In this document: positions 33,672-46,400 of the stretch, in pieces | How positions within the stretch are numbered: the first letter of the stretch is position 1 | Layout: each line of letters opens with the position of its first letter | NCBI GenBank assembly: GCA_002633005.1 | Contig: NMRA01000296.1 | Location: forward strand, 350,399-414,398 | Direction of reading: 5' to 3' | DNA: 64,000 nt | From: Phoronis australis | Lineage: Eukaryota; Animalia; Phoronida | Translations under genes and position numbers: made by a program | The notes under the pieces: generated by a model | The model's database searches: none | Told to the model about the DNA's origin: nothing | Seen by the model: the letters and a program-made list of their open reading frames with translations, nothing else

Positions 33672-36341
33672 AGCGCAAGACTTGCCGGAGAACAAACACA
33701 CGTTTAGTTCTCTGGCCATTACATGATGTAAGTCTCAATGAACATCAAGTTTTAGTTCAAATGATCTCCAGATGAGGTTCTCTGACTGACATTCGAGGGG
33801 AAATTTGAGGTTACTGGTTTTTGCCTTTGTCATCATCTTTGTTCAATCGGCTTCACGGAGTTTGCTCGCAACGCAATCCAGTTATTCTAAAATGTGCACC
33901 AAAGGATGACGCCCTTTGAGCTAGTAGACTTCATTTTCTTGTAATATTCACGAGGTCCGCTTCTAGACGATCGTTTTATTTTAGAAATTTTCTTGTTATA
34001 TTAATGGTTTCACCTATTTTGAGACTCCAGTAGGGTTATCTTGTCTAACGGGGTTGTGCAACGGGTTTTACATGTCTTGATGTGTGGTAGTTTAGAAACA
34101 GATCTAGAGTCAGTCCCGGTTGTGTTCAAGCTGTTGTCATGAAAACCAAATTGTCGCCAAGGACGAGACCTGCCGAGTTCCATTTTGAAGACCAGAATGA
34201 TGGTCTGTCTTCCTTAAAGGCCGTCCACATTGCAAACAAAAAGTATTCCATTGTGTTCCAACTGCCAAACACCACCAAACCTAGTTTGAGGAATTTTGGT
34301 TATGCCCATTAATTTGAAAAACGTATTGGTGGAGTTTGGTGAACAATAACCAAACTGCAGGCAACTGAAAAGCAAAGTGATTGTCAGTATTCACAAGGGT
34401 AGCCTCCAAGGGAACTTAGGGCACAGTTTGTAGACTGGTTGTGAAACTTGACACAACATCATCAAAACTCCCATTTTGGTTGTGTTTGCAAACAAAAGTT
34501 TGGCACAGTTTGACAGTGTGGCCGCAAGTTAACACCCACTGGCAGAGGGGAACATTGACTCCAGTCAACCAATCCAAACGGCACTTGAATGAAACCTGCT
34601 TGAGTACAACAGAAAAGCAAGTTCCTAATGCACTCTAAAAGTAAAATATTCTATTCTTAACTGTTCATTTACAAAACATGTATTTACAATATCAATACGC
34701 TATACACTTACAAGTGGGCAACATATTAAATGCTCCAATCATTTTCTCTGTACACAGGCAATATAAAACACTGTACAAGATCTAAAAATTGAGATATAAA
34801 AATCCTACACAAAATATCTATCTACAATCGAACACTTACTAAAAACATATTCATCATTATAAAAAGACTAGCAAATACCTAGAGAGCTCTCATAATGAGC
34901 TTCAAATTTGATTTATAAAAATAAGTCGTTTCCGTAACTGTTAACAACTTATTATGCCATGCATCACGGACAACACAACGAACACAGTGTCATTATTGCC
35001 TGACCACACATCTATAGTTGTACATATACACGGCAACATTAAGCACCCATCGCTGACTTGACCTAGAAAACAGTCGAGAAGCACCGGTTCCTAGGACTGC
35101 ATTAGTACGAATACATACTAAGTACCTTTGCGATGAATTATGCTATAGTCTATGGATGGAATCTTACGAAATCAAGACAAAAACCTCCAATAATTAGTGT
35201 ACTAAATAGGTCACGAAATGAAACTCGTCAAAAACGGACCACATATGTCAATGTACGACACACAGTTCAACATACAGAGATCGTTGGTTAAAATAAATGC
35301 ACTCTAAACGGCGACGACTTCACATTCAGCTAAAATCGCATCACAAGGCACTTCACTAGAAACTGTTGCACCATCTGGAAAAGCTCTGAAAACCTATAAC
35401 AAAGCTGCAGAGTGAGTATCCTTAAGTTGCATAAGATCCAACGGCCAATCAGTGCTAATAATCTCGTTTAGTTTCTTTTTTTTACATATCACTAAGACTC
35501 ATGACAGGTCACGTGTCTCTGAACAGGAGACCACTACAACTGCCGTACACATAGTACAGGCACCGTGTATCTACACACCAACAGGGTTCTGATTTATCAG
35601 AGGTCTCAATTCTGATCATAGGTGAGACGTCCGCAAGCACGATATTGGAAATGTAACACAGCGGTTTTTATAAGCGCATAACATTGCAACTGATAAGTTT
35701 TCATGTTCACACGCAACGACCACCTTCACAAGTTAAGTTCGTGGACTGTGTGAAAATTGAAGTTATGACCACCTTATCTAAGAGCTGACTCGACCGTCAA
35801 TAAAACAGGCCCCTCATCCATAACTATTCCCTACGACCTTCAGCTAATTAAGGAGTTGCATCATCGAAATAACCACCAAGCATGTTGGATGCCTACAAAG
35901 CTCTCCTATGGTTACGTGGTCCCACAGTTGCAGGTTGCTTTGAAGAAGGATTAGTACAAGAACGCATAAAGTACACTCTAGTAGATTCTTAACAGCTTCG
36001 CGTTGAGCGAATTGAGTGCGAATGTTATACTGGGATCTTAAACATTGAAAATTTGTTTCCAACACTTCTTCACAAATCTCGCTATTACTGTAGCCTGCAC
36101 CTTCAATAACCAATGACAGCACCATCACAGTTTTATGTCAGCTATCAAAGAGACAAGACATCGTCATAGTTACCCCATGAACGACTGACGGATATCCCTG
36201 CCTGCACCACGGGCGCTACTCATCACCATCGAAACAAGTGGCTACCCATCGAACCAACATTAGGTTCGACTGAAGGAAAATCCAACCCGCCTCTCGCATT
36301 GGTCTTATGTATACCACCACGGTGATACGGCATTACCATGG

Positions 36342-37400
36342 CTACACGTCATCTCCCCTCCACTTGGGCAGGACTCGGCGCCGTGCATTGGTGAACCAAT
36401 AGTTTATCTGATTGATAGATAGTCCTGTCTGCTTGATCAACATGCCCTTCTCGTCATCGTTGGGGTAAGGCTTGTCCATATGGGCCCGTAACCAATCCAA
36501 CATGATAGCCACTGCCTGATGAAAAAAGCAGAATTCACATATTAGAACGATGGAATACAATTTCCCAATATAAAACAACCCAACTGTATACTGTGATCAC
36601 AGTGTGACACTTTGCCAGGGCTCATCGGTATGTCGAGAGGTACGGAGGAAAATAGACAACACACCAGCCATAATTACTGTCTATGTGACACTAACAGGGC
36701 TTGGAATGGCCAATGACAAAAGAAGCGGAAAATTTTACGACCCAAAACATGCGCGCACCCAGCCTTGCAGTGGTGTACCTTTTGCCGACAAAAAATCGAG
36801 AGGACTAAAAAAAGGTACCACCTCCAGAAGCATGCGTCTGCGTCTTTTTAGCTCGTCCGCCACTCCCACCTCCACACGTTTTTGGCTGCAGAGTCGTAGT
36901 ATTTGTCACTGCGGTTTACAATCACACGAGATGCCATTGAAGAAATCCACCACACTATCCCAGATGCCCAGGTAATGTTGACAATTTACGTTCCTCCGAA
37001 ACATTAAGAGCAACTTCCGCTTTTCGAGGTGAAAGTCGTCGGCAACGGCGCGGTAAGAAAGAAATTTGCTGCGGAAATTTTATATCAAATCCGATTTTTT
37101 AACGTGGAAATATAATAAAATAAGCGGACAGAACATTTGAAAAAAGTGGAAATCCACGCTTCCGCAGAAAATTCCAAGCCTTGCACTAAGTTCTAATAAA
37201 CTGATAAGAAACTGTTCTTTATCTACATCCTTATTGCTGAAAATTGAATTCACAGTTGTAATAAGTGTTAGAACGTGGTCCCTCATCAAAACGTGATCAA
37301 ACCTCTCAGCATCACACTTAAGTTCCCGTCAAACTACAGCCCACCAGTGACGAATGAATAAAAAACTACTTGCCTCTTTAGGAAGACTGGCATGTTTCTT
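36342..37400 (-). CDS. TALE homeodomain, split by an intron (36516-37373)
   Basis: KKHASLPKE|[57 protein letters not shown]. Confidence 0.92.
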
Positions 37401-40400
37401 TGGTTGTGGTGCTGGCTGTTGGCCGTTGGGTCCAGCCTTGGAGTTGGCTTCACTCTGGACACTGGCCGTGTCACTGGCTGGGTCGTCAGTCACTTTACTG
37501 TTACCTGAAAGGAGACAGCAGACAGACGGTCAGTAGATGGTAAGCAAAACAGCTCTGGGAAATGTGTGTCACCTGAACATGTGGACAGAGCTCAACATAA
37601 TGTGCTGCAAGTTGCATTTGCGACTTGAAATTTGGAAATGCAAGATGAGATTCTTTTAGTTTAACGGGAAATACAGGTGTAACAATACTGAAAATCACTC
37701 GTTCCAACACTGTTTCCTTTTTTGGTCACTAATGTTGTACACGATAATTCTAAAAACCTGTTTATTCTTAAACTAAGTAGAACAATATACCTACAATGAT
37801 CCTCTTTTGACAGTTTTCAAATTGGACACACTTAGGAACACTAGTCAAATGTTGGCATGATGCATACCAGAACTGAATGTAAATTATATGGAACAAGGCA
37901 CTTTTGTCAAACTTAAGACAGATACAGATTTGACGTTTTTAGGCCTATCCGGTAGTTGAAGTGGAAAAATTCCTAAAATTCCAGTAAACAACAAGGACCA
38001 AAAACTATTCTAAGTCTCTAAGTCAGAATCAAAAACAAATTCATGTTGTAATTAATGAAAAGGATATTTAGCCACATTCTTTTTGTTGTTCAGTTTAACT
38101 CGAAAACATCTTACGTAAGCACAAAATAACGGCAGTAACAATACACAGTAACGCACTCACTTGAGGTTAGACTAGATTGAGAGTTGTGCAGGACGGTCTT
38201 GACTAGCTGGGCCCCACCGGGGATGTTGTTGACATACGAGTCCACCTCCTTCTGGGGACGTTCCATACACTGCAACTGTAGGGCAGACAATGCAGACAAG
38301 GTTATGCACGGAAACTGTCATGCATACATACCATCCAATAAAATGGATTCGCAAACATGTGAATGAACGCAGCCAGACAGAAACAGTGTTACTCAAATAA
38401 TGACCATAAAGTAATTTTCCACAAAAATGTTAACAAACTTCGGAAGGAAAGGAGAAAAAATGACACAAAATCATTTGAAAATTAGCTGATGAAAAGAAGT
38501 AAATGAAATTATTTTCTGCACTTTTCAAATACCACTGTACACTCAGACAACTTTCTGAAACGATTTGACGATCGACTGACTTAGTCAAACTTTGAAGATA
38601 ATCTTTTTGCTTCTTTCTGATTAAAAAGCCAATCAAGTTTTAAGTCAATCCCAAATGATGGATGCTCTTTCAGCATGTAATCAATTGTTTTCAATATATC
38701 CAAATTTGATACAAAACATGCAAGCCAAGCAATTTTTGAATTTCTGGTGGTACACCAACGAAATGGCCGCTACTGGTGCACCAACAAAATGGCCGCCACT
38801 GGTGAACGACACTGAACTTCACTTTTTATAAAATGCCAGAAAAAATGTGCAGCTACATGCACGACTGAAATTTCTGAAATGTTTCCATTTTAGTGACGAC
38901 TCCGGGGTGATGAAACTATCTGTGTTCTCAACTGGCAAAAATAACGGAAGGATTGTCTTTAAGAGGAATGGTGACGTTTATGAGACTTCCCTGTCCCTAT
39001 ATGTATAATTAATAAGGGTCTCTGAACAGTGATTATCGTTGACAAGTCTGTAAGGAAACTGGGGGTTAGCACAAAACAAAGCTTTTCCGTGTAATCCCTC
39101 ATTTTCTACATAAATTGTCTGGGGGTGTGACTGCCATACTCATACATATTACACAAAAATCGATTTTTGACACACGTGTGAGACATTCCGTTAATCTTTC
39201 TACACGCACCATTGGTGTAAATGCAAGGATGTGAGTCGCAACCTGCAGAAATGACAGGATACAACAGCAATCAATCAAGATGCGATTCAATCAATAAGGC
39301 TTTTGATACAGATGACATTTACACGGACCTCGCAAAAGTATTCGACACAACTGACTTCTCCACAATGTCTGTTAACTCAACGAGTGCAAACATATTAATC
39401 GTCAATATTTCCATTTAACTCTGTGAATATTTTGCCATTCCTAATATTATTTATCTTCAGTATATGGCCATAGTTTTAATTTTAAATGAAAATATAACAG
39501 CATGCTGAAGAATACTTTTTATAACAAAATAAGTAGTTTGTGAAGTCCAGCAAAACACTGTTTCATAAACCACTTATACTTGACTAAATGTTATTTCAAA
39601 ATGGAGATTTTAGCAATGAGGAAGCGCTTTAGGGTTCAAAACAATACCATATTTATCTGGCTTTGAATTGTTGTCGAACAGCAGGCACCTAAAGTCACAG
39701 GTGATGCATATGTGCCATTTTCAAATTTGCAATTTTAGGGAGGGTAGGCCAACCCCTACAAACTATGAAGCGATTTCTCCATGTTGCTGGCTGATGGCTT
39801 TTAATGTTCCTGTTGGTAACAGGAAATGAGTCCCATCACAGTACGCAAAAATTACGAGACCGATTTTATTGGCTTATACTGGCTGTAAACCTACCTTCCA
39901 TCACAAAAACAAACTTTTGATTTAAATCACTTGCAGTTTTGAAATTAGTTTGAAATTGTACCTCAGTCAAAATAGGTATTATTTATGGGATGAGAAAGAA
40001 CTGATGGATTGTAATTGCTTGAGACCATTCTTTTTCCACATGACATGTTACGGTGTGTCAATTCATTTGCAGAGCGTAGTCTCGAGGAATAACAACCTGT
40101 GAGTTCTTTGGATGACCAAAAAATCAATTCTGAACAAGGAACAACTTGAGAACAATTTTGTAATGGTAAATGGTCTCAACCAAAATGAAGTCTCTGAGGG
40201 AATGCGGGTTTATTGCTATTTTAAATGGCTTAATTCAGTTTTTGTTTTTTTTTACAACTAAATACTGAGAAAATGCAAGTTTGAGAAAAAATCCACATCT
40301 CTCTCCCACTTTGGACAAAGGTCATTTACTGAGGCAAGAGTGAACTGGTGACTTACATGTTTTTGCCTGTCTGTAAAGCTGCTGTGTTGCTGCTGAAACA

Positions 40401-43400
40401 TAGACTTAAGCTCGGCATAGTCCGGGGCTGCTTGAGAGCATGGAGACGAAACGTCGGACTGAAATGAGGAACGTTTCAAACTAAAAGTACATCTCACTAA
40501 CAGCTATCGAGGACATGAAGTTCTAAAGCAACAGACATAAGTAAGTTTAAAAATGACCACGTGACATGGAGCTTAGTGCACACTGGCCACTATTCTATAT
40601 CACAGTGGCTATGTGGCCAAACAAGTTAAATTGCATTTACTACAACAATATCCACATAAATTCCCATGCCTATAGCTTAATATTTTTCGGAATATGTGCC
40701 GCCTGAAGAGCAAAGTTTCTTACAATAAAAGTGAGATCACGCAAGCGTTTCGTGAATGAAAGGCAAGTGTTTCACATGAATGTTCAACACATTGCGACAA
40801 AGCCTGTGATTGGTTGGTGAGGCTGGAATGGTGAATACTGAAAGAAAATAAACGGTTCCCATTTCTCATCGAAAGTGTCGCGAGTATCCAAATGCCAGTT
40901 CGGATAACCAAGAGTTTTTCAATTAGCATTACCTTAAACTGAGACATCATGCTGTTGTCAGGCCTCATTGGCTGACAGAACCCAGGGCTGGTCATCGGCT
41001 GAGAAGGATTGGTCCATGGCATTCCACCACCAGGTGTCATTGAACCACTAACTGGTATGTTTGGATTAGAACAATCTCCAGACTGAAACATACGTTATGA
41101 ATGATGCAGCCAGTCAAAAATTTAACACAAAAGTGCTCTGAAGAGTGACACTTGTGGTGAAAGAAATAAAAAAATTAAAGACTAGATCGACGATGAAACC
41201 AAGAACATAAACAACCATGACCCTTACAATGATACAATAAGAATAGCATCTGTAGCATGCGAACAAAGAAACAAGTAAAAAAACAATAAAAGTGCAGCAA
41301 AAAACAGTCAACAAAGGAACAGGGTCATCAGAAATCCAGAATAATTCAAGAAACCTCCTAACGAAAATTGGAAAACATCTTATGAAAGCCTGTTCAAAAC
41401 TCTAATAGACTAGATTCTTAAAATTCAACAAAATTTTTTAAAAACTAAAAATTTTGCATTTTTTTGTCAATTGAAAGTCAAATAACTTAAAAGTAGCAAG
41501 TCTGAGAAAAAAATTGTTAGTGTTCATTTGAAAGAGTATGCCTTAAGAAATCCACATGCAAAAATTCACATCATTTGCACTTCTTGTTCAAAATAGCACC
41601 CCAAAACGATTGGAAAATGATGAAAATGCGCCAGATCCGCCATTTTGAAAACAACGTCTGGTTAAGCAGCACTTGATAATAGCTATCACAGGAAAATATA
41701 ACACGAAAAATTTCGAAACAACTGGTTTTAAAATGCGGCCTGAACTGGACAAAACGTTTTCGTCAAGAAATCGAGGTGCCCAAATGCAATGGCTGATATT
41801 TCCACCGTCTTTGACCAGAAGTTAATGTGTAGTACATGTCTGCTACAATAATTGTACACATTTTCAACCATGTATGTCAAAAACTGCAGCCTCTATGAGC
41901 ATTTGAAGCCAAAAACAAAATGGCTGAAACGTCCACCATCTTGAATACGATCATGACGAAAAACAAAAGGCTTCGAGCCATTCACGAGACACCTGTAGTG
42001 GGTGAATTTCGTGTTGATCTGATGAGAACAAACAAAAAAAATATAAATCTTTAAAATTTATGACAAAGCAACATACTTTGAGAAATTCCATTTCACCAAG
42101 TAAAAAGCTTGGCCAGTAAGTGCTTTATCATTGTTACAGAAGCTTAGCTATTATAGTCGATTCCTCTCAGGCTGACCTCATCTCACTGGCATGGCTTGTG
42201 AGATACTTTCCACACATTTAGCAAAAGCAATGGAATGCAAATTGGAGACAAACCAATCCAAACAAAAGCAAAAATAAGGTAACCTTATTGAATATTTTCA
42301 TCAAAAGTATCAAAACACTTCGTGATGTATAAAGTATAACCACAACATATTTATATCATCAACATCCAAAAGTGTAGACAGTATTCTGCATCTCAAAAAT
42401 CCTGTTCCCCATGTCAAGGGCACATTTTACTCTTCCAAAGTGACATAATCTCTAGAGATTAAAATGGATTTTATGGTGAAAATTCTCAAATTTGAGACAG
42501 ACTCTTAAACTAGGGACACGGGAGCTCTCACACGAATTGAATTCTCTTGATTCTGGCATTTGGGACAAGAGTGTTCACAAAATTTCTCAAATTTCGGACA
42601 ATGCGTTCTCAATCTACGGAATAGGTAATTTGGTTGTCTTTCTGGTAATTCTTGAATTTGGAACAGCCAATGTTGTCTATTTCCAGAATTTGGAACAAGC
42701 TACAACCTTGAGCAAAACAATTTTTCAGAGTCCTAACCAGGAGAATTTTTACCATAATAAAATGCCTGTAATTCCTCGAACGGCCATATTGCTTTGGCAG
42801 CAGAAGCCAACTTCATGAGCTTGGACTGCTGCAATCATCAGCAGTCAGTCATTCCCAAGTACACAAATCATTACTAAGCTGGCCTAAATCACACAAGTTA
42901 CTTTTTTCTGAAGTTAGATCGTACCATGTTTTCCCCCATGGAGTGGTTGGATTGCTGCATGCAGGACTTCTGAGACGATCCCCACGAGTTACCTGGTCCA
43001 CCAGGAATCTGTAGAGGAAAAATGGAAAACTTATTAAAACACATGTGTAAGCCCAATTTTGCAAATCATGCACCAGCTCACAGGCAAAATGAACATCAAA
43101 ACCGACTTGTCAAGCTGGAGAGACACATCACGCTGTTTGGAAGTAAGTGTATTAGAAATATAACTACTGGTATAAACAAAAAATACCCTTTCCTTTCATT
43201 TAAAGTTGCAATAAACCAACCTTATGTCAAGAAAAATTACTTTTGATTCAGGACATTTTAAATTTATAAAGCTGGTCTAACGGAGACCATTCAGGACTTT
43301 GGAAGAACAAATTTATTATTGACTGAGAGCATGCTCAAAGGTGAGCTAGGCAAAATAAAAATTTACACAAAATACTTTTTTTTTCAAAACCAGAATTTAA

Positions 43401-46400
43401 TATGTAATTTTTAAGTTCAAATTCTGGTACTGAACCATCAAAACGGCTGCCACACCTGAGTGTCACCGAACTTCATAGTGGTGGCACCGAACTTCATAGT
43501 GGTGGCACGTTGGATATTAGATGAAAAGGTATATACTTTAACAACAAAATGCGATATCGTTTTGACTAATTAGATTCATTCTGTGTTCTCAACTGGTGTT
43601 CTTTAATTCATATTGAGTGTTACGGCAGGTCAAAATTGTCAATTACATAGTATTAGATAAATTAAGACAGAAGCAGTTCATTACGACAAAAATACAACAC
43701 ACAGTGTAACCATTACAAAACAAGTTTACTTGCCTTATTTCGCTACTCGGTCACAAAATGAAGTCCGAACATCCAACATCATCCAAGTGAAACTGGATGT
43801 CCCAAAGTAACAATCATATTACCAAAAACAGCACCCATCAGACCACCCATCTGATGCATAGCCACTTGAACTAAGAAATTTGCTAAATACTATACCTTGA
43901 ATTTGCTCTGTTTGAGTATTGGATTTGGCATGCTCCGGCGGACATCTTGGTCAAATTTGTCACAGAAATCTTGGACGCTGTTCATCTTGCTGTTGACGAC
44001 TTTACGCTGTATTTTACCTGTAAAACAGTGAGGACCAGTTGTCAGTGACGAACCCTCACCTCGGACGAGAGACCAAAATGAGATCAGAACCACACTCATC
44101 TAAGAAAATACCCTTCAGCACCACGTAGAAACGAACACCAAGAATAATTTCTTGTTAAAAATATATCATATTGTTCAATTAGAACATCAAGGATATCTAC
44201 TAGTTGTAAACAATATCAATTCAAGCCCCTCACTGAGGATGTCAGGGATATTTTTTTAGTTCTGACAGTACAATACCGGTAATGATAAAGTTGAAAATCT
44301 CTTACTTTATAAAAAGTATAATACTGCAGAGAGTTAAATTATATCTCCACTCTACTTGAAGGATAGTAAATCACAATTCCACCACAGAACTGGGTAATAG
44401 GTTAAGCCAGAGCTGTGTAACTATCCAAGATAACACCATCAATCAGGCAAAAGCCAAAATGTCAGTTTGCCAATCAAAGACACATTAGCAGTACTCAATA
44501 GCTAACATCTGCAGTGGCACACAGCAGGAAATCCTGTATGGCCTGCAATGTGTACCTGACCACTGCAGGGCTATGCATGGTAGGCAGAAATGGACATAAA
44601 TTGTAAATATGGTTGAATTTCACTAAATTGGTAGCTTGTTTATGGCAGACAAGTGAAATTTTGTTTCTTTTTTGATTTTTCCATGAAAGATATTATGAAG
44701 CAATAAAGTAATACTTTTACACCTTCAAGGTTACCATAGCTACCACACCACAAGACAATCTTTTGAAAAATTGCAACATTCACAACAATGTCAAAAAATT
44801 TGAAAAATTAAATAAAAAAAGGCTATTTTGGTAACCATATTTGTCCGAGATAGGTGAGATTTTGCCGTACATGATGTCATTTAAACACCTGTAGCCAATT
44901 GCAAGCTAGGAATGCTAGTGGTTGTACACTGAAAATTTGGCAAATAAATTAATAATGTACCATACTATATTCCTAGCCACTATCATTCAAACTGTACCCA
45001 AAATTCTAATATATGCTCAACCTGGTAGCCAAGCTCTAAAATGACGTCTGACTGCCAACCATAATCACGCGCTATCATCAGCAAGATAAAATATCGCACT
45101 ATATTGTCCTGATAAACCACACAAGCAGGGCAAAAACGATCACCAAGATTTTACATCTAAAGCAACAAATATTTTCCTCATCTTATCGTTTTTACAAAAC
45201 CATGTTCATAAAGATAAGTCTAAAAGAAAAATATGGGGCCAGCGCCATCTTCTGTTACATGGTGACAACTTCATACCACAAAGGGCTAACTACATGGGAA
45301 ACAATTCCATATAGATTAGTTCCCAACCATTAACACAAGAGCAACGCGGAGCATTAAAATGCGCCCACGAATGTATTGCAAATGGTGTGCTTTTAGGGTT
45401 ATTTATTTTTATCATAAGAGCAACGCAGAGCGTTGAAATGCGCCCACAATTGCACCGTATACGGTATCCTTCTAGGGCTGTTTATTGGTACCATAAAGTG
45501 GCCAGTAGAGGGCATATATGTAGTATGTTGTACTTTGCAAAATGGAAAGGCATGGTCATTGTCTCCTCAATAGGCTAGGGGCAAAATGTGAGTGATCTTC
45601 ATAATACAAGCACATCCTATACATCAGTTGCTTAAAGCACCACAGAAACATAGAATTAAAAACAAATTTACCAACATACGAGATTAGCACAGCATTAGAA
45701 TGCCAGAAACAAATTTCTACTTGGAACTTTTCCTTCATAGTCACGAAGTAACACAAAGTATACACCTGAAAACCTATGAAAATACAGAGGTCAATGTAAA
45801 ATACTAAAATTGCCACTAGAGGCAAATACTAAAATTGCCACTAGAGGCATACCGGTAGTCAGAATCATCCTAAAGTCGTCATCGTCCGTTGTCAACATCA
45901 CATAAATACACTTGCTAAATTTAGTAAAGATCCTGCAAACGGTTTGGGAGATACAGCCATGGGCGCAAAAAAAAAAAACTGCCACTAGGAGGCGCCACAG
46001 TAGTCCAAATCGTCTGAAAATCATTGTCAGCTGTCTTCCTTATAGTAAGCACATACACGCCAATTTTCACAATCATCCTTTGAGCGGTTTGGTTGATAGA
46101 GGGGTGGACGCAAAAATACAGACTCGAAAACAGTAAAAATGGCCACTAGGTGGCGCAAACTACGTCGAATCCATCTGAAAACAGTAGGATAGCGTCATCT
46201 CACTAATAGGTGCCTACATACCAAATTTCATGAAAATCCGTTCAGGACTTTTGAAGATACAAAGGTAAGCGTAAAAAACTAAAATTGCCACTAGGGGGCA
46301 CACCGGTAGTCGGATCCGTCTGAAAGTTCGCACATGCTGTCCCATTCATGAATGGAACATATGTGCCAAATTTCATGAACGTATATCAAAGGGTTTTGGA

